Assembly (NCBI GenBank): GCA_021786385.1 | Contig: JAJYNJ010000097.1 | Span: forward strand, 18,409 to 82,408 | Reading direction: 5' to 3' | DNA: 64,000 nucleotides | From: Chloroflexota bacterium | GTDB lineage: Bacteria; Chloroflexota; Limnocylindria; Limnocylindrales; CSP1-4 | Part shown: in pieces, positions 19,431 through 28,710 of the stretch | How positions within the stretch are numbered: position 1 is the first letter of the stretch | Layout: the number at the start of each line of letters is the position of its first letter | The notes under the pieces: model-generated | The model's database searches: none | The model's input: the letters and a program-made list of their open reading frames with translations, nothing else | What the model was told of the DNA's origin: nothing | Translations under genes and position numbers: made by a program

Positions 19431-20195
19431 ATGCGCACGCGATCGGGCGTCATCAACCTCAGCGCTCGGAACGGCGACCTCGGCCAAAGTCTTGCTGAGT
19501 TCGCGTTGATGCTCCCCTTCCTCTTGCTCACACTCGTGCTCGCGCTGGACTTCGGCCGTGTCTTTCTCGGCTGGGTGCAGCTCAACAACATGGCGCGCAT
19601 CGCGGCCAACTACGCGGCACAGCACCCCGACGCGTGGGCGTCCGGGAACACGTCACAACAGGCCGCCTACCAGTCGCTCGTGCAGGACGACGCGGGAGCG
19701 ATCGACTGCACCCTCCCGAGCCCGCTCCCCACCCCGACCTTCCCCGCCGGTGACACACTGGGAGCGCCCGCCAGGGTCCAGCTGAGCTGCTCCTTCCAGC
19801 TGATCACGCCACTCGCCGGCGGCATCGTGGGCAACCCACTGACCGTGTCGGCCTCGGCCGTCTTCCCGATCCGCACCGGGATGGTCGCCGGCGTCCCGGC
19901 CGCCTCGAGTATCCCGTCCCCGACCCCATCTCCCACCCCCGCACCCACCGCGACCCCAACCCCGACGCCGAGCACGAGCCCGAGTCCCACGCCCACGCCC
20001 ATGTGCACGGTGCCGAAGTTCACCGGTACGAACACCGTCAATGCCCAGGCAACGTGGACCGCGGCCGGCTTCACCACGACCGTCATCTTCAGCCCCGTGC
20101 GACCTCCCGAGTACGTCATCAATGGCCAGTCGATCGCCGCTGGGTCGAGCGTGGCCTGCAACTCCGGGATGACCGTCTATGACAAGCACCAGTGA
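19431..20195 (+). CDS. TadE-like pseudopilin with Pro/Thr linker and C-terminal PASTA-like domain
   Basis: LG|QSLAEFALMLP, LALDFGRVF, ARIAANYA, a PTPS linker, then CTVPKFTG...AQATWTAAGF, which resembles a PASTA repeat. Confidence 0.78.
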   Translation: MRTRSGVINLSARNGDLGQSLAEFALMLPFLLLTLVLALDFGRVFLGWVQLNNMARIAANYAAQHPDAWASGNTSQQAAYQSLVQDDAGAIDCTLPSPLPTPTFPAGDTLGAPARVQLSCSFQLITPLAGGIVGNPLTVSASAVFPIRTGMVAGVPAASSIPSPTPSPTPAPTATPTPTPSTSPSPTPTPMCTVPKFTGTNTVNAQATWTAAGFTTTVIFSPVRPPEYVINGQSIAAGSSVACNSGMTVYDKHQ

Positions 20196-20697
20196 GGCAG
20201 GACCCTTGACACCGCTGCCTCCGGGTCGGTTCATCCGGACGCCCCGCGCGGCGCGCTCGGCGGGTCGATCCGCCGGCCAAGCGTTGGTCGAATTCGCGCT
20301 GGTCTTCCCCGTGGTCGTCTACCTCTTGCTTGGCCTCTTCGACTTGGGGCGTGCGGTGTACGCCTACAACACGATCGCGAACGCGGCTCGCACCGGCGCC
20401 CGCGTCGCCATTGTCAACCAAACCATCACGAGCCCTAACGACTGCCCGGTCACGCAATCGATCCAACGGTGCGCCGCCGACCAAGCGGTCTCGCTCGGGA
20501 TCGACCCGGCCACGATCCAGGTCCGCTTCGTCACCCCCGACCAATCGGCGACCTGCGCCCCAGTGAGCATCGGGTGTCTGGCCGAAGTGACGGTCTCGTA
20601 CACCTTCACCCCGTTGACACCGGGCGTGGCGAGCTTGCTCGGCCCGATCCAGATGAGCTCGACGAGCGTCGAGCCGATCGAGTCGACCTACCCATGA
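20179..20697 (+). CDS. TadE-like pseudopilin (start uncertain)
   Basis: AG|QALVEFALVFP, GLFDLGRAVY, NAARTGARVAIV. Confidence 0.85.
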   Translation: MTSTSEAGPLTPLPPGRFIRTPRAARSAGRSAGQALVEFALVFPVVVYLLLGLFDLGRAVYAYNTIANAARTGARVAIVNQTITSPNDCPVTQSIQRCAADQAVSLGIDPATIQVRFVTPDQSATCAPVSIGCLAEVTVSYTFTPLTPGVASLLGPIQMSSTSVEPIESTYP

Positions 20698-21977
20698 GCA
20701 TCGAGCGGGGAGGTTCGGGAATGTCGACGTTCCGGAGATCCAACGCGCGCCATGGCAGACAAGGCGGCCAGGCGTTGCCGCTGCTGGTCGGCGGCATCGC
20801 AGCAGTGTTGGCGCTGACCGCCCTGGTGGTCGATGGCGGGAACGCCTGGGCCCAACAGCGCATCGTGCAAAACGCCACCGACGCCGTCGCGGAGGCCGGC
20901 GCCGTCACGCTCGCCCAGATGTGGGCGGGCCAAACCGCGCCGGCTGCCGGCTGGGATGCCGCGACGGCCACCGCCATGGCCCAGATGGCCGCCCAGAACG
21001 GGATCCCCACACCGCCCGGTTACTACACGGATGTCTGCGGCACCCTGCTCACCCCAACCGGCGCGGCCGCCGCAGATACCAGCACGGCCGCGCAGGTCGG
21101 CAGTGGCCAGATGCCCCCGACCAACGCCAACTGGCCCACCGCCTGCCCTTCGGCCACCCCGGGCCCGCCGAGCGGCGTCCTCGTCAACGGCGCCCGCCAA
21201 TTTCACACCTACCTCGCGGCTGCGGTCGGGATTTCGACGATGTCCGCGTCTGCGACCGCCACGGCGGTGTCGGGCTTCCTCCAGGCAGAGTGCGATGCCA
21301 TATCCGGCTGCGCGCTGCTCCCGATGATGCTGCCAGTCTTCCTCCTCCAGTGCAGCTCGAACAACCAGGTCATCTGGCCGCCGACCGGTCAGCCGTGGCC
21401 GCTGAACACGGTCCTCACCGTGCCGCTCTGCCAAAACGGCCCCGGCAACGTTGGGTGGGTGGACTGGACCCCGCCGGCCGGCGGAACCCAGGAGCTGGTC
21501 CAATCGATCGAGACACCCAACAACCCTCCCATCCCCGTCCCGTCATGGCAGTACATCTCGCAAACCGGGAACATCAACAGCGGAGACGTCGAGACGGCGC
21601 TGCGCGCGTACGACGGGCAGATCGTGCTGATCCCGATGTTCGACAACACCTGCGATGCACAGCCGACCGGGAACGGTCTGAACGACTGCCCGAGCGGCCA
21701 CCTGAGCGGCAATGGGCAACAGCAGTGGTATCACGTTGCCCAATTCGCGGCGTTCCAGCTCTGCGGCGGTGCCAATGACTTCTGCGGGGCCACCTATCAG
21801 TACGGGGCCTACATCCAGGGGAACAACCAAGCGATCTGCGCGAACGGTGGAAACGGCGGCACCTCCTGTCTCGCAGGGCGGTTCGTCAAGTACGTGACCG
21901 GGACCACCGTGGTGCGCCCGCCATCTGGCGGTGGCTCCACAGTGACGAGCATCGTGGGGGTCCAGCTCATCCACTGA
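20694..21977 (+). CDS. TadG-like minor pilin, second copy
   Basis: GG|QALPLLVGG, ALVVDGGNAW, VQNATDAVAEAG, GPGNVGWVDW; Cys-rich C-terminal domain; ATGA overlap. Confidence 0.82.
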   Translation: MSIERGGSGMSTFRRSNARHGRQGGQALPLLVGGIAAVLALTALVVDGGNAWAQQRIVQNATDAVAEAGAVTLAQMWAGQTAPAAGWDAATATAMAQMAAQNGIPTPPGYYTDVCGTLLTPTGAAAADTSTAAQVGSGQMPPTNANWPTACPSATPGPPSGVLVNGARQFHTYLAAAVGISTMSASATATAVSGFLQAECDAISGCALLPMMLPVFLLQCSSNNQVIWPPTGQPWPLNTVLTVPLCQNGPGNVGWVDWTPPAGGTQELVQSIETPNNPPIPVPSWQYISQTGNINSGDVETALRAYDGQIVLIPMFDNTCDAQPTGNGLNDCPSGHLSGNGQQQWYHVAQFAAFQLCGGANDFCGATYQYGAYIQGNNQAICANGGNGGTSCLAGRFVKYVTGTTVVRPPSGGGSTVTSIVGVQLIH

Positions 21978-22433
21978 GCGTGTCGCGCGGGAGGGGGCGC
22001 CCACCCGCACCAGCGACAGCGCATTCGGTGGAGAGGGGCGGCGCTTTGGGCCCTGCGTGAGGGTGCGCCGTCTCGATCATCGTGGGATCGGTTACGTGCG
22101 TCCCGCGGCTCGTGCCCGCGACCATCGTGCGCGTGCAACCGGAATGGCCGTCGACCTAGCCGTGTAACGCCGGGAGCGGAGCCATCTGACGCACCCTCCG
22201 CGGGATCGCCGGTAGCTGCGGCCGGCCTGTTCGCCGACGCGCACCACCCGGTGGAAGGCAAGAGCGGCCCACAGGGGAGCAGCCCGGGGTGACGCACGTG
22301 GAGGGCAGCGATGTGCGCTGCATGCCGATCACCGCGTCTCAGCGCGTCGGCAATGCGGCCTTCCATCAGCTGCCCCCACGAGCCGAGCCGCCACGCGCTC
22401 CCCGTGTTCGCCAGCTGATATGCTCGCCACACC

Positions 22434-24245
22434 GTGAGCCGGTTACCCCTCCGGTCCCGACTCTTCCTCGCGCTCGCGACGGTCGCGCTGCTCCCCGTCC
22501 TCGTCTTCGGCGTGGTGGCCGTCCAGCTCGCCACCTCCGGCGCGGCCCAACAGCAACAGTCGGCCACGCTCCGCCTGGCGCAGCTCGCGGCCGCCGGGCT
22601 GCCGCGTCAGCAGCTCCCCGACGCGTCCGCGGCCGGACGCCTCGCGGCGCTCACCGGTGGGAGCGTCACGATCTTCGACCTGGACGGCGTCGCGCGATCC
22701 CAGTCCGGGGACGCCGCGATCGCCACCCTGCCGCCATTCCCCTCGTCGGCGAGCGACGGGGTCGCCATGCAGACCGGCAGCCGCATCGTCGCGGTCGTAC
22801 CGTTGCAGGGCGCTGCCGGCCAGCCGATCGGCTACCTCGCCCTGGCCCAGCCGCTCGCGGGCTCGCCCGATGTGGGCGTGGTCCTGGCGGTCGCCCTGAC
22901 GATGACCGTGCTCTGGGGCGTCTTCCTCAGCTTCGCCCTGGCTCGTGTGCTGATCCATCCGATGCGCGAACTGACGGTCACACTCGACCGACTGCAGGCA
23001 GGCGATCTGTCGGCCCGCATCGTGGCGCCGGCGGACGACGAGCTCGGGCGCCTGGCCGAGAGCCACAATCGGCTCGCGGCGGCGCTCGCGGCCCGGAACG
23101 AGTCGCTGCACCAGGTGCTGGAGGCGCTGGCCGCCTTGTCACCGCGCGACGGGATCGCACCGCTCCTTGCGACGGCCGAAGGTGCCGCGACCACCGCCTT
23201 CGGGTTCCGCTCGGTCGAGATCGTGCTGGCTGGCGAGGGGCGCCGGAACGCGCCGGAACCGGGCGAACGGGTCCCCGGCGAGGCGTGGATCGTGGTCGCG
23301 CCGCTGCGCCTCGGCGACGACGAGGTGGGCTGGCTGCGCGCGGTCGTGCCCCCGACACGCGACTGGGGCCCCGCGGACACCGACCTGCTCGCCTTGTTCG
23401 GCAACCAGCTCGCGGCCGCGGTGCGGAACGCCGAGCTCTACGCGGCGGCGAACTCGCTCTCGGAGCTGAAGAGCGAGTTCCTGCGCGGTGTGAGCCACAA
23501 TCTGCAGACACCGCTGACCAGCATCCGCGCCTTCGCCGAGCGACTGGCGACACACAACCACGATCCGGGGCTGCGCATCATCATCGAGCAGGCGGATCGG
23601 CTCTCGCGGCTGGTCGCGCAACTGCTGACGGTGTCGCGTCTGGAGGCCGGCACGCTGCGACCGCAGGAAGAGGTCGTGGCGCTGGCCCCGTTGGTCCGTC
23701 GGGCGTGGGAAAGCCTCGGGCACGATGAGGTGCCGTTCACGCTCCGGGACGATGCGGCGGGATGGCTGGCGGTGGCCGACCGTGACTGGCTCGACCAGAT
23801 CGTCTGGGCGCTGCTCGACAACGCGGTCAAGCACGGGGGTGGCGCACCGGTCGAGGTCGCGATCCGCGAGGAGCGGGCGACCGAACCGGGCGCCGGGGTC
23901 GGCGGTGGCGACGACCGCGGCGCTGGGGCCGACGACCGCGGCGCTGGGGCCGGTGGCGAACCGATCGCGTCGAGCGTGGACGGCACCCCGCACGATCGCG
24001 TGCGGCCCACCGGAGCTCGCCTCGTGGTCACCGTCCGCGACCACGGGCCCGGCATCTCGGAAGCCATACGCAATCGGATCTTCGAGCGCTTCACCACGGG
24101 CGGTCCGACCGGCGGCACGGGTCTCGGACTGAGCGTGGCCCGCGGCCTCGTCCATGCGATGGGGGGCTCGATCTGGGTCGAGCATCCCGGCGACGGGGCG
24201 GCGTTCGTCTTCGCGCTTCCTGCCGAACCACCGGGCGACGCGTGA
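22434..24245 (+). CDS. HAMP-GAF-HisKA-HATPase sensor kinase (HK2), paralog of HK1
   Basis: Two TM segments, HAMP, H-box GVSHNLQTPL, LLDNAVKH, DHGPG, GTGLGL. TGaTATGCT lies 9 nt upstream of the GTG. Confidence 0.9.
   Translation: MSRLPLRSRLFLALATVALLPVLVFGVVAVQLATSGAAQQQQSATLRLAQLAAAGLPRQQLPDASAAGRLAALTGGSVTIFDLDGVARSQSGDAAIATLPPFPSSASDGVAMQTGSRIVAVVPLQGAAGQPIGYLALAQPLAGSPDVGVVLAVALTMTVLWGVFLSFALARVLIHPMRELTVTLDRLQAGDLSARIVAPADDELGRLAESHNRLAAALAARNESLHQVLEALAALSPRDGIAPLLATAEGAATTAFGFRSVEIVLAGEGRRNAPEPGERVPGEAWIVVAPLRLGDDEVGWLRAVVPPTRDWGPADTDLLALFGNQLAAAVRNAELYAAANSLSELKSEFLRGVSHNLQTPLTSIRAFAERLATHNHDPGLRIIIEQADRLSRLVAQLLTVSRLEAGTLRPQEEVVALAPLVRRAWESLGHDEVPFTLRDDAAGWLAVADRDWLDQIVWALLDNAVKHGGGAPVEVAIREERATEPGAGVGGGDDRGAGADDRGAGAGGEPIASSVDGTPHDRVRPTGARLVVTVRDHGPGISEAIRNRIFERFTTGGPTGGTGLGLSVARGLVHAMGGSIWVEHPGDGAAFVFALPAEPPGDA
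23910..23951 (+). repeat. In-frame 21-bp duplication (DDRGAGA x2) within HK2
   Basis: GACGACCGCGGCGCTGGGGCC at 23910 and 23931. Confidence 0.85.
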
Positions 24246-24285
24246 GCGCGATCGGCGCGGGCGAGTGGCGGGGCAGGCGACGGCG

Positions 24286-25329
24286 ATGACGGGGACGAGC
24301 TGCGAGCCCGAGCGGTCGATGCCGTACGGCGGTCCGCACGATCCAGGCCCGGCCGAAGCCGCACGGCGGGCCCGCGCCCTCGAAGACGCCGCCGCACGTC
24401 CGATCGCGGCCCCGTCGGGAGGGGAGATCCGGATCGGGACCGCCTCGTGGACCGACCCCACCATGACCGCCCCCGGCGTCTTCTACCCACCCGACGCCGA
24501 GACCGCCGAAGCGCGCCTCATCTACTACGCCCGCAGCTTCCCGTTGGTGGAAGTCGACGCCACCTACTACGCGCTGCCGGTACCGGCGACGGCGAGGCTC
24601 TGGGTGCGCCGGACGCCGCCCGACTTCACCTTCGACGTGAAGGCGCACGCACTGATGACCGGCCAGCCCAGCGAGACGCGGCGCCTGCCACGCCAGATCC
24701 GCGACGCCCTGCCCGCCGAGCTCGCCGCCAAACCGCGCCTCTACGCGAGCGACCTGCCGCCGGAGCTGCGCGACGAGATCTGGCGCCTCTTCATCGCCGG
24801 GATCGAACCGTTGCAAGCGTCTGGCAGGCTCGGATCCGTGCTGCTGCAGTACCCGCGTTGGGTGGTGCCGTCGGCGCGGGATCGCGACGCGATCGTCGAG
24901 GCCCGCGAGCGGCTGGCCGGGCTCACCTGTGCCGTCGAGTTCCGCAACGCGGCCTGGCTCGACGAGCGGAACGCCGAGCGGACGTTGCAGTTCCTGGCCG
25001 ACCACGGCATGCCATTCGTGATGGTCGATGAGCCGCAGGGGCTGCGCAGCAGCATGCCACCGGTCGTCGCCACCACCTCGCCGCAGCTCGCGATCGTGCG
25101 GTTTCACGGCCGACGAGCCGAGACGTGGGAGGCGACGGGGATCCCAACCGCGGAGCGCTACCGCTATCTCTACGACCGCGCAGAACTCGGCGAGTGGGTG
25201 CCGCGCATCATCGAGGCGGCGACGGCCGCCCGCGAGATGCACGTGCTGATGAACAACTGCTTTGCGAACTACGGCGCGACGAACGCGCGGGAGATCGCCG
25301 CGCTGCTGCAGGGGGTCCGGCTCGAGTGA
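24286..25329 (+). CDS. DUF72 family protein (start uncertain)
   Basis: IRIGTASWTD, FPLVEVDATYY, FTFDVKA, LLQYP, AVEFRN, VRFHGR, MNN. Confidence 0.88.
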   Translation: MTGTSCEPERSMPYGGPHDPGPAEAARRARALEDAAARPIAAPSGGEIRIGTASWTDPTMTAPGVFYPPDAETAEARLIYYARSFPLVEVDATYYALPVPATARLWVRRTPPDFTFDVKAHALMTGQPSETRRLPRQIRDALPAELAAKPRLYASDLPPELRDEIWRLFIAGIEPLQASGRLGSVLLQYPRWVVPSARDRDAIVEARERLAGLTCAVEFRNAAWLDERNAERTLQFLADHGMPFVMVDEPQGLRSSMPPVVATTSPQLAIVRFHGRRAETWEATGIPTAERYRYLYDRAELGEWVPRIIEAATAAREMHVLMNNCFANYGATNAREIAALLQGVRLE

Positions 25330-25350
25330 TCGGTCGTGGCCTGGCGGGCC

Positions 25351-26673
25351 TCAGTCGCCTGTGCGGCGACCGAGCGTCGGCACCGGCGGCGCACCCGGCA
25401 GCGTGACCCGGAACGTCGACCCCATCCCCTCGACGCTCTCCACCGCGACTTGGCCGCCGTGGTCCTCCGCGATGTGCCGGACGATCGCGAGCCCAAGCCC
25501 CGTGCCGCCGCCCCCGCGCACGCGTGCCTTGTCGACCTTGTAGAAACGCTCGAAGACGCGCGGCAGGTCTGCCTCCGGGATCCCCACGCCGTGATCCTCG
25601 ACCTCCAAGACGACGAACGCAGATCTCGTCGATGCGGACGCCGCCGGCGCAGGCTGCGGTCGCGCCCGGACGATCACGTCGCCGCCAGACGGCGAGAACT
25701 TGATCGCGTTGTGCACCAGGTTGATCAGCAACTGCCCTAGCCGTTCCGCGTCACCCAGCACCGGCGGCGTGGCCGGATCGATTTCGGCCCGCAGGCGCAC
25801 GCCCTGCCGCTCGGCGAAGAGCGCGAGCCGGTCCAGCACACTGGTCACGATCGGCGCCAGATCGACGTCGTCGATGTAGAGCTGCGGCTTGCCGGCCTGC
25901 TCGATCTTCGCGAGGTCGAGCAGCTCGGTGGCCATCTGGACCAGGTGCCCCGTCTCGACGTCGATCTTCTGCACGATCTCGACCACCCGCTCCGGCACCT
26001 CTATCTCCTCGAGGTCTCGCGCGAGGGTCTCGGTCAGCAGCCGCACCGTGGTGAGCGGCGTGCGGAGTTCGTGCGAGAGGTTGTCGATGAACTCCGTCCG
26101 GATCCGCTGCAGGCGTCGCAGTTCGGAGAGATCCTCGAGTACGACCCAGACTCCCTCGCTGGGGGAGCGACGGGCGCGGATCGAGAGCGTGCGCCCCTCC
26201 GGACCGCCCACGGCGATCTCGTCGGCCGCGCTGCCGTTCCGCCAGGCCGTGCGCGTCACCGCATCGAGGCGCACGTCCCCGAGCCCAAGGGCGGCTTCCT
26301 CTGATACATCGTCTGGTCGCACGCCGGGCCGGTCCGCCACCTGCCGGCCGAGCAGCGCTCCCGGCGCCACGTCCAGGTACAGGTGCGCCGCCCGGTTGGC
26401 GGCCGTCACCCGCAGGTCGTCGTCGAGGCGGATGATGCCCGTCCCGACCAACTCGGTGAGGTGCGCCAGATCCTGGCTCTCGAGCCTCGCGCGCCATTCT
26501 GCCTGACTGCTCCGTTCGAGCAGGTCCCGCACGGCCGATTCGAGCGGTTCACCAGGCCCGCCACCGACGATCTGGCGGACTCGCTCGACGGTGACCTCCC
26601 GACTGATGGCAAAGCCGGCGGCAAGGCCGAGCAGGATGCCGGCGACCCCGAGCGCGACCAGCTCGGCGCTCAT
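25351..26673 (-). CDS. phoR: PhoR-like sensor histidine kinase (PAS-HisKA-HATPase)
   Basis: FIDNLSHELRTPLT, NLVHNAIKFS, DHGVGIP, RVFERFYKVDKAR, GGTGLGL; sits next to the pst operon. Confidence 0.8.
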   Translation of the reverse strand: MSAELVALGVAGILLGLAAGFAISREVTVERVRQIVGGGPGEPLESAVRDLLERSSQAEWRARLESQDLAHLTELVGTGIIRLDDDLRVTAANRAAHLYLDVAPGALLGRQVADRPGVRPDDVSEEAALGLGDVRLDAVTRTAWRNGSAADEIAVGGPEGRTLSIRARRSPSEGVWVVLEDLSELRRLQRIRTEFIDNLSHELRTPLTTVRLLTETLARDLEEIEVPERVVEIVQKIDVETGHLVQMATELLDLAKIEQAGKPQLYIDDVDLAPIVTSVLDRLALFAERQGVRLRAEIDPATPPVLGDAERLGQLLINLVHNAIKFSPSGGDVIVRARPQPAPAASASTRSAFVVLEVEDHGVGIPEADLPRVFERFYKVDKARVRGGGGTGLGLAIVRHIAEDHGGQVAVESVEGMGSTFRVTLPGAPPVPTLGRRTGD

Positions 26674-26721
26674 CGACAGTCGAGGTTCATCGGCGCGGTG
26701 CCCCGCGCGCCCGTGGCGGCC

Positions 26722-27537
26722 TCATTGGTTCGGTCGGCGGAACACGTAGCCGACGCCACGCACCGTGTGCAGGAAGCGCGGCTCCGACGAGTCCGCCTCG
26801 ATCAGGCTGCGCAGCTGGTGGATGTGCACGTCGACGGTCCGCGTCTCCCCCGCGTACTCGTACCCCCAGACGCGGTCGAGGAGCTGTTCCCGCGTGAACA
26901 CCTGTCCGGGGTGACGCATCAGAAAGGCCAGCAGGTCGAACGCCTTCGCCGTGACGGGCAGTTCGACGCCCTCGCGCAGGACGCGGTGCCCGGCCATGTC
27001 GACCACGACGTCGTCGAGCTCCTGTTGGCCGGTCGAGAGCTCGGACACCGGCGGTGCCTCGGACGACGTGTCGGCGCGCGCAGCGGCCACCTCCGCTGCC
27101 GACCGCCCGCTCGACGGGAGTGCCGCCTGCGCGGCTGGCCCCGACCCTTCTGCCTGGTCCGCGGCATGGCGAGCCTCGGTCCGGCGCAGGAGCGCGCGGA
27201 TGCGGGCGAGCAACTCGCGGAGGCTGAACGGCTTGGTCAGATAGTCGTCCGCGCCGAGCTCCAGCCCCACCACCTTGTCGATCTCCGAATCCTTCGCGGT
27301 GAGCATCAGGATCGGCACGTCCGACTCGCGGCGGATGGCGCGGCACACGTCGAGCCCGGAGATCTCAGGGAGCATGATGTCGAGCACGACCAGGTCGGGG
27401 CGTTCGGCGGCGAAGCGAGCCAGGGCCTCGCGGCCATCGGCCGCCGTGACCACACGGTACCCGTCCCGGACGAGGTTGTACTCGAGGGTCTCACGCAGGA
27501 TCGCTTCGTCGTCGACGACGAGCAGGGTGCGGGCCAT
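26722..27537 (-). CDS. PhoB/PhoP-like OmpR response regulator with a long Ala/Ser linker
   Basis: MARTLLVVDDE, VLDIMLPEISG, GLELGADDYLTKPF, RTVDVHIHQLR, TVRGVGY. Confidence 0.88.
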   Translation of the reverse strand: MARTLLVVDDEAILRETLEYNLVRDGYRVVTAADGREALARFAAERPDLVVLDIMLPEISGLDVCRAIRRESDVPILMLTAKDSEIDKVVGLELGADDYLTKPFSLRELLARIRALLRRTEARHAADQAEGSGPAAQAALPSSGRSAAEVAAARADTSSEAPPVSELSTGQQELDDVVVDMAGHRVLREGVELPVTAKAFDLLAFLMRHPGQVFTREQLLDRVWGYEYAGETRTVDVHIHQLRSLIEADSSEPRFLHTVRGVGYVFRRPNQ

Positions 27538-27613
27538 GGTGACCCGATGGTAGCGCGCCGCACGGCGCACAGATCCGGAGCGACGGTTGGACGGGGCACC
27601 CGGCAGGGTCGTC

Positions 27614-28615
27614 TCAGCCGCCGGCGACCAGCCCCGGCAGCCGCTCGCGCCACGCATCGCCGGCTCGTGCGACCGCCAGGATCGTCCCCTCGCGGATGCT
27701 CGCCTGTGAGACCGCCGCGGACGAGAGCCCGTACCGCTCGAGAAACGCCTCGACGAGCGCCGCGCCCCCCGCCAGGATGCGGGCCCGCTGCGGCCGGAGC
27801 GCGCACCGCTGTGCCAGCGCGGCGGCCGACTCCCGCTCCAGCGCACCGACCGCGAGCGCCAGCCGGCGGCGGCTCAGCGTCCGAAATGCGCGCCCATCGG
27901 CCACCACGCGCAGCAGGTTCGTGGCCGTTCCGCCGACCAGGATCGCCCGCCGAGGGTGCATCTCGGCGGCCGCGGCGAGTCGACGGCGCGCCTCGGCCCG
28001 CAGCGCGTCGAACTCGTCGCGAGTCGGCGGATCGTGGTGGACGGCGGCCTCCGTCAGCCGCGCCGCACCGGTGCGCACGACGTGGATCGCCGGCGGTCCC
28101 TCTCGACGCGCCAGGACGTACTCGGACGAGCCGCCGCCGATGTCCACCACGAGCGTGTCGACCGCCGGCAGGCGGCCGCGCAGCACCCCGTAGAGTGAGA
28201 GGAGCGCCTCCTCCTCGTGCGTGAGCAGGTGCAGCGGCCGACCGGTCGCCGCGCGAACGGCTGCGGCCACCGCGTGCCCATTCGCCGCCCGGCGCAGCGG
28301 CTCGGTCCCCACGAACGTGACGTCGCCGACCCCCAGCTCGGCGGCCAGGGTCGCGAAACGCTGCAGCGTCGCGATCAGCTCGGCGACCGTCGGCGCGGGA
28401 ATGTCGCCGTGGACGTCCATCGCCGACCCGAGCTCGAGCAGGACGCTCTCGTCGGCCACGCGCCGTAGCCCGCGGGCGGTGACCGCGGCAGCGGTGAAGT
28501 GGACACTGGTGCTGCCGACTGCGACGGCCGCTCCGGCGCTCCTGATCCGTCCTACGCCCCTGGTCCGCCGTTCCGTGCGCCCCATCTCGACGGCCTGTGT
28601 ATGCGGCATCCCCAC
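27614..28615 (-). CDS. ppx: Ppx/GppA-family exopolyphosphatase (start uncertain)
   Basis: AVAVGSTSVH, GTEPLRRAAN, LTHEEEALLS, VVDIGGGSSE, GGTAT, SIREG. Confidence 0.82.
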   Translation of the reverse strand: MGMPHTQAVEMGRTERRTRGVGRIRSAGAAVAVGSTSVHFTAAAVTARGLRRVADESVLLELGSAMDVHGDIPAPTVAELIATLQRFATLAAELGVGDVTFVGTEPLRRAANGHAVAAAVRAATGRPLHLLTHEEEALLSLYGVLRGRLPAVDTLVVDIGGGSSEYVLARREGPPAIHVVRTGAARLTEAAVHHDPPTRDEFDALRAEARRRLAAAAEMHPRRAILVGGTATNLLRVVADGRAFRTLSRRRLALAVGALERESAAALAQRCALRPQRARILAGGAALVEAFLERYGLSSAAVSQASIREGTILAVARAGDAWRERLPGLVAGG

Positions 28616-28710
28616 CTCCCGCCGCGGATGGTCGCAGATCAGGAGGCGGGGCGCGGTGCGGGGGAGCCATCGGCCATCGATGGCCCAGGCCCGCGTGGCT
28701 CGAACCGCGA

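Noticed and set aside
21978-22433. Possible flp major pilin gene after the Tad cassette
   Set aside because: No short ORF with a G|xxxxEY prepilin motif and hydrophobic helix was found here.
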